Assembly: GCF_000181795.1 (NCBI RefSeq)
Contig: NW_003526941.1
Location: 8,257,714-8,321,713 of the forward strand
DNA length: 64,000 bases
Direction of reading: 5' to 3'
Origin: Trichinella spiralis
Taxonomy: Eukaryota
In this document: one piece after another, positions 39,222 through 52,252 of the stretch
How the letters are laid out: every line of letters starts with the position of its first letter
Numbering within the stretch: the stretch's first letter is position 1
Made by a program: the position numbers and the translations under genes
Notes under the pieces: model-generated
What the model was told of the DNA's origin: nothing
The model's input: only the letters and a program-made list of their open reading frames with translations
The model's database searches: none

Positions 39222-41691
39222 CTTGACAAGCGAAGCCGAAATAACTTGGAAATTGCATGCAAAGAGCATTTTAATAGTAAATTCATCTGCTCTCGCCCAC
39301 GCCGTGCAAACTGGGCACAATCAATTATTACAAATGGGAAACTTGTTTTCCCATTTCTTTCTTCATCACATCCACTTCATTAATTTATATGTGTTAATTT
39401 TTGCCTTTGCTTATTTCCTCGTGTTGGTTTGTTTTGGAAAATTTGGAACCATCTTTTTTCGATGAGAATTTGATGCACTTTGTTCGCTTGAATGAAATGA
39501 TGACTTTCGACATTTTATGAATTGAATATTTTATCAACCGACGGTAAATATAAATGTACAAATTAATGTTGTTCGTCACACGTTGATGAAACTGGTAAAA
39601 GACGTAAAGATGTCAGCGAAAATTGGGCAAACTCTTGATAAAACACTTTGATGAACTAATTTTTCAAACCTGAACAAAGAGGAAACGAAATTAGCTTCAA
39701 AAAACAGTCACATTGAAAGTGGCATTTGATATTAATTTCTCACGTTTTCTTTTCTGTCCCTTTTCAATGTCACACATTTTTCTGTTTCTTTGTTTTGGTG
39801 GAAAAATCAAGAAATCTTTTTGCGGGATGTTGTTCGACGACAGATTCTCATTCTGCCCTACATCACTGTTCAATGATTGGTGAATTTGAAAATTTAATAA
39901 AAACAAAAATTTGCATATCATTTCAATCGCGAACGTCTTTGCAGAAGATGATGAGGATAATGGTGTTTTATTTTATTTTATTTTATTTTTTTGAATAGTT
40001 TTCAAAAGTTTCGATTCGATGCTAAGATGGGGAAATTGCAACACGCAGTATAATCGCAAACGCTGCTACTGATTGTCAGTTGGCCAAGTTGAGCGATGTT
40101 CAAGTACCTTCAATGGAAACTTCAAGTCGTTCGTCTTATAATACTGTAGAAAATGGTTCTTGATTTTTTATACTTTTGGAAATTGACTTGTTGTTGAAGT
40201 GGACAGTTTTGTCATTTTCCACTTCAGTGATCGATCGCATTATTTACTCGCTGTATTGGAAATTATTTGCTGCCATTGTGGGCAGATTTTTCCCACATCG
40301 TTCCTACTACACCGGCTACTATGTGAACAACTGTTGCATTTTTTGTGGGTAAGTGTATATGCATTTTTTTTGTTTTTCTATTTTTTTAAATAAATGTATT
40401 TCCAGAGGACGATATGCACTGTTTGTTGAATTGTATTTCACTTTAGATAATTTTGCACATTTTTCAAATCAATTTGCCATTCTGAAATTTGCTTACTTCA
40501 GGGTCAGTTGAAACTTTTTCCTCTGCTAAATTTTCTGTTCAACTGTAATGGTCTTTGAGAAATGCATAACATTTCCCCTTGGTCGACATTTTTAACACTG
40601 CAGTTTTGTGTGATAGGAAGGGCAGAGTATTCTGTTTGGCAGTTGATGTTACAATTGCATCGAAGAAAGGGCACCACAACAAGCTGAGTTTCGGACGCAT
40701 TTCTTTAAATTATTTATTAGTGCTATGCAATGCCATGCTATACTGTACGATGGTGATTTATCACGTATATTTATTTGCATTGCCAAAGAAAGAGTTTAAT
40801 GTTGAAAGTTTTTTTTCAACAATAACGGAAAGTTCAGTTTCAAGTAGACATTTCTACAGGTTCACAAGTAACCTTTGGCTAAGCTCTGATTGATGCAAAA
40901 GGTTTCATTTTGTCCATTGTTTGATCCACTGTTGTAATTTTTGTAGTTAATCTATTGATTTTCAAGTTGTTAAATTTTGGTTTTTTGCGTTGTACGTTTG
41001 CATTATGCTATCATTTCCTTCACAAGCGCAATTTCTGTTAATTTGTGCTGCAACTTTTTTCATTTTTGTTTTTGTTATAATTATATTTTTGAATGAAAGT
41101 ACAAATTGTGCGTGCAACAACGGAAAATTGTTGTTTTCCAATGATTGCAGATGCTGATTGAAATTTTCTTTTATCATGAGAGATTGTTTGTCGTTGATCT
41201 ATTTGCTAGTCATTTATATTTTCATTTGCTGTTTATACGTAATATGCAAATTCTGTAATATTTACTAGTTGTCAGCAAGTATTTGTTGTTTTGTTTTGTC
41301 ATTTGCCATTTTTTTCAAATGCTTTTTTGAAATGCTTGCGTATTTGATTTGGCGTGATTTCGCTATTTGTCATTGGTATTGGTAGTTTTATCACAAATGA
41401 TTTGCACGTGTTTGTTTGCATGTTTTGTAAATGTGTATCTTAGCTGTTTATTACTACATCATGCATTAACAAGCAGCGAATTTGCATCAGTGAATAAATA
41501 ATTACGCATGCATCGACAAAAGTTTTTCCTGTGCTTTACAGTCATATTAGCGTAACAGTTATACGTAATACTTTAATACTTTTTTAAAAGTTTTGATTGA
41601 AATTATCTTTTGTTGATGATTTTAAAAATAATTCGCTGTTTGAAGTTCTGTCATTTTTGTAAATTTTTTTATTTATTTTTAAGATTTGGTG

Positions 41692-44223
41692 ATGTTGCAT
41701 ATTTCCATTCCTAGTAGTCGTCAAGCTACTGATTCATCTGGCAAAGCTTATACTGTAAGATTTTTTCAATATTTAGCATTATTAATTTTCAGATATCTTC
41801 TTTCCATATTGGAATTTTCATGAATTTGAATAATTTCTGTTATTATCTTTCTAAAGAAAATGTTTGTGTTGAGAAAGCAGTGAGTGCATGAGCATGCATA
41901 AGTTTGAAAATGAAATTAGCCAATATTTTATTATAATTTTTCATTTGATTTGATTTGATTTGATTTGATTTGATTTGATTTGATTTGATTTGATTTTGAT
42001 ATTAATTTTTAGATATTTGAAATTTACATCAACAATGCCTATCACTGTTCTTCTCGCTACAGTCAGCTGCTTCGATTGCATGAAATTATTAAAAAAATTA
42101 TTCCAAAAGATGTACCTAATTTCCCGCCGAAATATATAAACGCATTAGCTGGTGATCGATTGCTCAATGAACGTCGTGAGGCGCTTCAAGAATACTTGCG
42201 TACTGGTCTGCTATAACAGAAATGTTAATTTATGGCAATTATTTATGAAAATAAGTTATACGTTTTCCTTTTAGTATTTTCCATCAAGGAAGTTACACGC
42301 AATATCCGGGTGCAACAGTTTTTCCTAGATGCTCAAAGAGTACATTTTTTACATTTATGTTCTATTTATTTATCACAATGTAGATCTGTTTTATTCAGGA
42401 AAGTGCTTCCTTGGCCGCAAGGCAGTTGTCAAATGAAGTTCCCGTTTATTTGCTTGATGGATCCAAATATATTATCCAATGTTGTCCAGGTGACAGTACA
42501 AATGTTCTATTAGAAGTATGCTTATTATTATTGTTATTATTATAAGTATCATTTTTTAAATATTGGTTTACTTATTATTATTATATTTATTTAGCGTTTG
42601 GCTGTAATTGTTGGTTTGCCAATTGAGTTGACTCGCCATTTTGGTCTCTTTATCGTTACCAAGAGTGAAGTTTTTCCTTATAAAAGTAGCTTTTATGCAA
42701 TAATTATAACATTTTCAAAAAAATTATTTTACATTTGAATTTCAGTTATTCGGTGGTTGGAAAACTTTGAGTGCCCATTGTTATCCCTTTTTTATGTTGC
42801 AAAGTTAGGAATTAAAGCGAAAATTATACTAAAGAAAAAGTATGTATTTAATTCAATTCATTTCAGTTGATTACGTACGCTTAAAGGTATATTTTCTGTA
42901 TTTGTGCAATTTACATAAATCAGTTGAGCGATACTCTTTGCAATGACATTTTGTTTTTAACAGATATTTTGACAGTTCGATTGAAATCTCACTAATGAAA
43001 AAAGAACAAGCGTTGCGGATTTTATACTCCCAAGCGGTGTTTGACGTTAAATATTTTTTATCTAGGTGCGAGTTTTGCAATTTATGAATGATAGTTTTTG
43101 ATCAGGTAGATATTATATGCAGGCAGGGTTGTTTGGCATTTGCATCCAGGAAATGCAGGTGGCAGTTGATTGATGAAAATTATTTTATATCACTGATGAA
43201 GAATACCGATGCCGTAAATAATCAAGATGAGGTGTATTTTTCCTATTTGCATACTCTGTCATACAATATATAGCACAATACGATATATTATTCAAATTTA
43301 ATTAATTAATTTTCTTCTTTATTCGTCAGATTTACTTTCAGATTGAACGAATGTAAATTAAAAAAATTATGATATATTATAGTATTTGAGATGTTGTCAA
43401 GAACAACCTTGGTATGGATTTGTGTTTTTTGAGCAGTGCTTCTGCAGTTATCCGAAATTGAACACAGTTGCTCATGTAGCCGTTGGCAATCGACGATTAC
43501 TGATTTTGCACGAAGTTTCACAGGCAAGTTGTGTTAAAAATTGAAAATAAAATCATTTATTTATTTTTATTCAAGCAATTTGTTTTTAGGGAGAAATCAA
43601 AGAGATAACTTTTCGGGTGACCCGTATCCGTTCTTGGCGACTGTCAATACTTGTATTTGTTGAACAGGAATTTTTTACAATGCTGTTGCTGAGAAATCAT
43701 TTTTTCAGTCGATACATGGAAGCCAAGATCTTTCCTTTGAATACCTGTTTTCGAATAATCATCTCGAGTGGATTACACTGAGAAGCAGTCAAGTAAGTGT
43801 TTGTTTTTTAATAAATTACTTTAAAGTGATGAATCAGTCACTTGAATTATGTGAACTGCGGTTTTTTGATTTGTAGAGTGTATTAATTTCTCGTTGTCTA
43901 CAATCAATGATAGAGGAAATTGTCAGTTCTCAGGCAGATGCGATTGCTTCTGCAAGTTCGAAAAATACGATGGTCAATGATTAATTTTGATTTCCAATTT
44001 CCCAGAATAACTAAGAATTATTTTAGCCAATGCACTCTGGAGTAATTTTGAATGAATCATCATTTGAATCGGCGAATTCATCCCTAAAGCCAAAACGCTC
44101 TCTTCACGATACGTTTGAGGTGAAACAACAAGTTTTGGATTTTATCTTTACCGATTAAATGTTATCTATTTATTTATTCAGATTGGCTTAGTTTCGATGA
44201 ACAATTCTGAAGCTCATGACTGA
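41692..44223 (+). CDS. SNX17: Sorting nexin-17 (PX + FERM-like)
   Basis: MLHISIP..YT|IFEIYINNAYHCSSRYSQLLRLHE..FPPK..ERREALQEYL, WYGFVFFEQCFCSYP, FRVTRIRSWRL and LSFEYLFSNNHLEWITLRSSQ. Confidence 0.9.
41943..41995. repeat. (ATTTG)n microsatellite in SNX17 intron 1
   Basis: About 10 tandem ATTTG units. Confidence 0.95.
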
Positions 44224-47200
44224 CTGAAATTTTGTTTTGTCGTTATTTATTTTTTTACCTGGACGAACAAGCTCGACAGTATACGTGTAATGATGTTTGC
44301 AGCCGTTTTTATTTGTTTTTAGTTAAGCGGAAGCTGATTTTCATGTATAGCTTTTTTGAACGCTTATTTAAAAAAATGTTTCTCAAATAAATTTATTTAT
44401 TTGCATGGATAGTCCTGGACAAGTGCTTCGTGGTCAAAAGAAAGCAGTTTACAAACAACGTTGTACACACTTTTTTTCAATGAGCAGTGAATTGATAGAC
44501 ATATTTTAGTTGCTGATTAACTATACAATTTTAATTTTATAAAGATAAAACCAAAATTTTGCATGATGGATGAAAAGTAAAAGAAAATCAAGTTCGATTA
44601 TATACGAATATGAAACGTTTTGTACACAGATTTAATAAGTAATTTATTAATGGATGTCTTTTTTATTAAAAAAACTATTAAAATATATATTAAAAATGAT
44701 TTCAGCATAAATGGACATGTTTGAGTGCTAAATTTGATTTGTTTTTTCTCAACAAGCATTATCTATCCTACAGTATGAATTAACCGATACTATACATAAT
44801 CAAATATAGATATAAAATATGTTATTGATTTGCATATTTTACTCAGGATATGAAATTAAGTTAAATTAAATCATATTATATTATATTATATTATATTATG
44901 ATACTATATTATATTATTTCTTAGATTTGTTATTTTTGTCATGTCAGTTTTTTACTTTTATTTAATATTATTTTATTATTTAGTTATATTCAGACCACAA
45001 TTTTGTTTAAAGATGTGAAATTTTATTCATTATGTTTTTTTTCAATATAATGATTTCAAGTCGTTTTAGCAAATGACCGATTGACCTACATTTATTGCAC
45101 CGTACTCACAATGGCATCATGAACTTGAACGTCTTAATTTTGTGTCTTTGTCTTTGTACAGAAAGTGAACGTTAGTCATTTCTTCAGGTTAGTCTTGCGC
45201 GATACGCTGATCTTGTTGCTGCTGTACGGGTAAAAGAGCTTTCATGAACAAGTAGTCATGTACCATCATACAAGACAAGGTAAGCGCTGAATGAAACTGT
45301 GCTCATTTACTGCATTTGGTTCAATTGCATCTTATCAGACACGTTTATTGCTAAAGTTGCTGTTTCTTTTCTCTAATTGAGCCGCTTGTCAATGCAGATT
45401 TCAAATCAAATATTATTTTGTTTGCATGTAATTTTTAATTTAAATTCTTAATTGATCGTGATTCACTATTTGTTTTGCATTTTGCATTTCTATTATTTGA
45501 TCTGCTGCGCTTGGCGTACGGTGATTACATTGTTGATCTGATATGATCTTCACGCAGACTTCTTCAGTGTAGCTTCGACATTTCACCATATGATGAATTT
45601 GGCGTTATTTTGAATTTTGAATTTGAACTTTTAAGTAATTTTTTTGCATTTAGTGAAACCTGGCCCTTCAAAGAGTTCAGCAAAACCTGGCCCTTCCAAG
45701 AGTTCAACAAGACCATCAACTAGCAGAGAGCATGTAAATAGCAACATCAATGGCATGCAGAATCTACAGTCACAGCAACAATGTGAAGAACCTAGTACTT
45801 CATCTGCGAATGCGAATGATCAAAATGACAACGGAGAATGAACAGGGAGAGTTTACTTTTTGTAGCTCCTCGTCGCCCAGTTTTGGGGAAATTGGGGAAA
45901 ATTAAATTTGTCTGAAAGCGAAACCACTTCCAAGTGCGCATTCCTACTGGCTCTTTGTAACATTATGAATTGGGTATGGACCCAGAGACATACCACAGGT
46001 TATNNNNNNNNNNAATGAATCATCATTTGAATCGGCGATTCATCCTAAGGCCATAACGCTCTCTCACGATACGTTGAGTGAAACAAACAAGGTTTTGGAT
46101 TTTATCTTTACCGAATTAAAATGTTATCTATTTATTTATTCAGATTGGGCTTAGTTTCGATGAAACAATTTCTGAAAGCTCATGACTGACTGAAATTTTG
46201 TTTGTCGTTTATTTTATTTTTTTTACCTGGGACGAACAAGCTCGACAGTATACGTGTAATGATGTTGCAGCCGTTTTTATTTTGTTTTTAGTTAAGCGGA
46301 AGCTGATTTTCATGTATAGCTTTTTTGAACGCTTATTTAAAAAAATGTTTCTCAAATAAATTTATTTATTTGCATGGATAGTCCTGGACAAGTGCTTCGT
46401 GGTCAAAAGAAAGCAGTTTACAAACAACGTTGTACACACTTTTTTTCAATGAGCAGTGAATTGATAGACATATTTTAGTTGCTGATTAACTATACAATTT
46501 TAATTTTATAAAGATAAAACCAAAATTTTGCATGATGGATGAAAAGTAAAAGAAAATCAAGTTCGATTATATACGAATATGAAACGTTTTGTACACAGAT
46601 TTGATAAGCAATTTATTAATGGATGTCTTTTTTATTAAAAAAACTATTAAAATATATATTAAAAATGATTTCAGCATAAATGGACATGTTTGAGTGCTAA
46701 ATTTGATTTGTTTTTTCTCAACAAGCATTATCTATCCTACAGTATGAATTAACCGATACTATACATAATCAAATATAGATATAAAATATGTTATTGATTT
46801 GCATATTTTACTCAGGATATGAAATTAAGTTAAATTAAATCATATTATATTATATTATATTATATTATATTATATTATGATACTATATTATATTATTTCT
46901 TAGATTTGTTATTTTTGTCATGTCAGTTTTTTACTTTTATTTAATATTATTTTATTATTTAGTTATATTCAGACCACAATTTTGTTTAAAGATGTGAAAT
47001 TTTATTCATTATGTTTTTTTTCAATATAATGATTTCAAGTCGTTTTAGCAAATGACCGATTGACCTACATTTATTGCACCGTACTCACAATGGCATCATG
47101 AACTTGAACGTCTTAATTTTGTGTCTTTGTCTTTGTACAGAAAGTGAACGTTAGTCATTTCTTCAGGTTAGTCTTGCGCGATACGCTGATCTTGTTGCTG

Positions 47201-47980
47201 CTGTACGGGTAAAAGAGCTTTCATGAACAAGTAGTCATGTACCATCATACAAGGCAAGGTAAGCGCTGAATGAAACTGTGCTCATTTACTGCATTTGGTT
47301 CAATTGCATCTTATCAGACACGTTTATTGCTAAAGTTGCTGTTTCTTTTCTCTAATTGAGCCGCTTGTCAATGCAGATTTCAAATCAAATATTATTTTGT
47401 TTGCATGTAATTTTTAATTTAAATTCTTAATTGATCGTGATTCACTATTTGTTTTGCATTTTGCATTTCTATTATTTGATCTGCTGCGCTTGGCGTACGG
47501 TGATTACATTGTTGATCTGATATGATCTTCACGCAGACTTCTTCAGTGTAGCTTCGACATTTCACCATATGATGAATTTGGCGTTATTTTGAATTTTGAA
47601 TTTGAACTTTTAAGTAATTTTTTTGCATTTAGTGAAACCTGGCCCTTCAAAGAGTTCAGCAAAACCTGGCCCTTCCAAGAGTTCAACAAGACCATCAACT
47701 AGCAGAGAGCATGTAAATAGCAACATCAATGGCATGCAGAATCTACAGTCACAGCAACAATGTGAAGAACCTAGTACTTCATCTGCGAATGCGAATGATC
47801 AAAATGACAACGGAGATGAACAGGGAGAGTTTACTTTTGTAGCTCCTCGTCGCCCAAGTTTTGGGAAATTGGGAGATCAAATTTGTCTGAGAGCGAACCA
47901 CTTCCAAGTGCGCATTCCTACTGGCTCTTTGTATCATTATGAATTGGTTATTGAGCCAGAGAGATACCACAGGTTATGAT
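44050..47980 (+). other. Gap-flanking ~1.95 kb duplication (44050-46003 vs 46014-47980) giving a false second SNX17 end and Argonaute start
   Basis: Both copies degrade towards the 10-N gap at 46004-46013. The interiors differ by a few SNPs and one ATATT unit. Confidence 0.85.
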
Positions 47981-50165
47981 TTATTAATTGAATAGCTTAA
48001 AATTTAATTAGAAGTTTTTTTTGACGTTATTCTGATATCATTTTTAATGTTTGATAAGTTGTTCTACATAATAGACAACTGAGAAGTTGTGATTTTAGTT
48101 TCAGAGATATAATCGAAACGATGATTCAAGCATATCAGAAGGTTTTCAGCAATGGCAGACCAGTTTATGATGGAAAGAGGAGTCTCTTTTGCAAAGAAAT
48201 GCTTCCAATTGGCAGAGATTGGGTGGTTTTATTTTTTGAAACATTAAAAATTCTTTACTGACAATTTAATTCCAGGTTCAACTGGATGTAACAATGCCAA
48301 CGGAAAGAGAAGATCGGAGATATCAAGTTGGTATTAAGTTGAGTTCTCAGGTTTCTTTGAGCCGTTTGCAAGAAGCATTAGACGGCCGAATTCGTTTTCT
48401 TCCACAAGATACTGTCGCTGCTTTGGATGTAATTTTACGTCATCTGCCAAGCTTGAAGTACAAAGATTTTTTACTTTTGCATTAAGTTGTTGTTATAAGA
48501 TTTTGAGTTTAATTTTGTTTTAAGGTACACGCCAGTAGGTCGTTCGTTTTTTTCTCCTCCTGAAAGATTTTTTCATCCTCTTGGAGGTGGTCGTGAAGTG
48601 TGGTTCGGCTTCCATCAAAGCATTCGCCCATCGCAGTGGAAAATGATGTTAAACATTGATGGTAACATTTGTATGTTTTTCGGTCTGTTGTTTGTTATCA
48701 AATTATTTCTAGTATCCGCAACTGCGTTTTATAAATCTATGCCTGTAGTCGACTTTCTTTCTGAGATACTCGATGCACCTCATATTCCTGAAAACAGAAG
48801 ACCTTTGAGTGATGCACAGCGCATCAAATTTACCAAAGAAGTCAAAGGCATGGAAAGCGTATTTTGTTACTGAAAGTTTTTTTAATAATAATTCCAATTT
48901 ATTTTTAGGATTGAAAGTTGAAATCACTCATTGTGGACAAATGAGACGCAGGTACAGAGTATGTAATGTCACTCGACGACCTGCTCAAACTCAGACGTAT
49001 GTTGCTGCTTTTTTGATTAATATTATTTGTATTTCATACATCATAAGCGAAAAACTGTATTGTTTCTAATTTAGGTTTCCTTTGCAAATAGAAAATGGTC
49101 AGACTGTTGAATGCACAGTTGCGAAATATTTTTATGACAGATACTGCATAAGATTGAAGTATGAAAATGATGATTTTTTTTGTCTATGAAATCGATTGAC
49201 AAACAATTGGAATGGACATTTGCAGGTATCCCCAATTGCCTTGTCTTCAAGTTGGACTGGAGCAAAAACACACTTATTTACCACTGGAAGTTTGTAACCT
49301 TGTTCCTGGTCAGCGTTGTATAAAAAAATTGACCGATACACAAACATCGTCAATGATCAAAGCGACTGCTCGTAGTGCTCCTGATCGAGAGCAAGAAATA
49401 AATGAATTAGTATGTATATTATTTTTATTGTATTTTAGCTAGAAAAAACGTATTATTTGAGATGATAAAGGTTAATTTATGCATTTATTAATCTATTGTT
49501 TGTCATATGATTTATTATGCGGGTTTGAATGACGCTGATGTGTAATTAATTGTACAGGTCAAACGTGCGGATTTTAACAACGATCCGTTTGCACGCGAAT
49601 TCGGTATTTCTATTAGTCCATTTATGGCAGAAGTGTACGGTAGAGTGTTGGTACCTCCAAAATTGCTTTACGGAGGGCGAGTAAGTAGTAATGAGTTTTT
49701 TTTCTGCAGAAATTTTTAACAATTCTTCTTTAGACTAGAGCAACTGCATTGCCAGAGAAAGGTGTGTGGGACATGCGTGGGAAGCAGTTTCACACTGCCG
49801 TTGATATACGCAATTGGGCAATTGCTTGCTTCACACCACCTCATATGTGTAGGGAAGACAATTTAAGGTTGGTGAAATCCTGTGATGCAGTATCTTCTTC
49901 TTCTTTTTCAATAGAATACATTTTGTGTTTGTTTTTTTTTAATAGGACATTTATTCAACAACTGCAGAAAATTTCTCACGATGCTGGTATGTCGATTGTT
50001 GGTCAACCATGTTTTTGCAAATATGCAACCGGAGCGGATCAAGTGGAACCGATGTTCCGCTATTTGAAATCTCAGTATCCGCAACTGCAGTTGGTAATTG
50101 TTGTTTTACCTGGCAAAACTCCTGTATACGGTGAGCTGAAGTTGTGCTTTTTTTTATCTCTATTA

Positions 50166-50196
<31 letters not shown>

Positions 50197-51592
50197 AGCT
50201 GAAGTGAAGCGTGTTGGCGACACTCTTGTGGGTGTTGCATCTCAGTGTGTTCAAGCGAAGAATGTAAATAAAACGTCAACACAAACATTGTCTAATTTGT
50301 GTTTGAAGATAAACGTGAAATTAGGCGGCATTAACAATATTCTCTTGCCCAGTATAAGGTAAAATTTAAAGAGAAAGGAATTATTATTCATTTAATATTT
50401 ATTTATTATTTAGACCAAAAGTTTTTAATGAGCCTGTCATCTTTATGGGTGCAGATATAACCCACCCACCTGCTGGTGATGGAAGCAAACCTTCTATTGC
50501 AGCGGTAGATGATGTTTTTTCTTTCCTATAATTGATTGATTCATTGATTTTTTGTTGTTTTATTCAGGTGGTTGGCAGTATGGATGCACATCCTAGTCGA
50601 TATAGTGCCTCAGTACGTATGCAGTATCCAAGACGGGTTCCTGACGAGCGAACTGGGCGGATGAAAGATGAGAGACTGGAAAGAATTGAAGATCTTGCTT
50701 TAATGGTTAAAGAGCTACTGATTCAGTTTTATCAGTCAACAAGATTTAAACCCACTCGAATCATTCTTTATCGCGACGGCATTTCTGAAGGCCAGTTTTA
50801 TCAGGTGAGTAAAAAAGAAGAATTTAGTTTCTCATACCTTATTGATAATAATTGTTGGATTTTCAGGTTCTTCAACACGAATTGGGCGCGATGCGTGAAG
50901 CATGTATAATGCTAGAACGTGGCTATCAGCCTGGAATTACATATGTTGCAGTGCAGAAACGCCATCACACGAGACTGTTTTGTGCTGAAAGAAGAGATAT
51001 GGTATGGACTAAATTGAATACTTTGAAAATATTGGTATAAATCATATATATATGTGTGTGTGTGTCTGTGTAATTTAGCAAGGAAAAAGTGGAAATATTC
51101 CCGCTGGTACTGCAGTAGATTCGGGAATTACACATCCTCAAGAGTTCGATTTTTATCTGTGCAGTCATGCTGGTATTCAAGGAACAAGTCGTCCAAGTTA
51201 CTATCATGTATTATGGGATGATAATAACTTTACTGCTGATGAAATGCAACAGCTCACATACCAGCTTTGTCATACTTATGTTCGATGCACGCGTTCCGTT
51301 TCCATTCCAGCTCCGGCTTACTATGCGCATCTTGTAGCATTTCGAGCACGATATCACTTGGTAGATAGTGATCGCGACAGGTTTGTGACTGTGAAAATAA
51401 ATTTTCAGTGAAATTTTAAAGATGTATAATTTTATTTAATTTGAATTTTATAGTGCCGAAGGAAGTGTGAATTCTGCTGCTACTGAAAATGGTGAGAATG
51501 CTGAAGAAGGAACACCATCCTCATCATCGAGCAGTCTCTCTCGTGCAGTGATTATTCATCCGAACACTACTCGAGTCATGTATTTCGCTTGA
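47237..51592 (+). CDS. alg-1: Argonaute, AGO/miRNA clade (ALG-1/2-like)
   Basis: [106 protein letters not shown] and C-terminal MYFA*. Confidence 0.96.
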
Positions 51593-52252
51593 ATATATTT
51601 ACTACTCATTTATTTATTTATTTATTTATTTACTTACATTTTATAGTGATTAGCATTAGCGTTTATTTATACACACATATATATATATGTATATGTATAT
51701 ATATGTATTTATATGTCATTAACTGTTCTTTTGTAATTCAAAGCATCATCACCTGCGATTTTCTGATTAAGCTTCGAATAGAATTTTTCATTTTTTGGGG
51801 ATGATGTTTTACCTGTTTTAGAATTAATCATAGCTTATAGTTATTAGTATTGTATTAGTTTTGGTTAATATGTATTTAGCTTTTTGCATTCCTTTTCATT
51901 ACTATTGGAATTGCTTTACTTTTGCCATACCTCAATGAAAGCGGGTTCTTGTGAAGAACAAGCTTGCTGTCTTCGCTTTCGTCAGTAATCAAAAAGTATG
52001 GAAATCATATTTATATATTATTTATATATTATGATTTATAATGCATACTTTTTCAGTAAAATTTAACAAAATATATACCGTTTGTTATAATATTTAGACG
52101 TGTAATTCACGTCGTGAATTGAATATTTTTTGTGACACAGTTGAAATATATTAATTGGCATTAGTATAATAATTTATTTTATTAATTAAAAAAATGTGTG
52201 TTTTAATGTTAAGCAGTATATTGTAGTTGTAAATTTGCATTTCTGTTCAACC

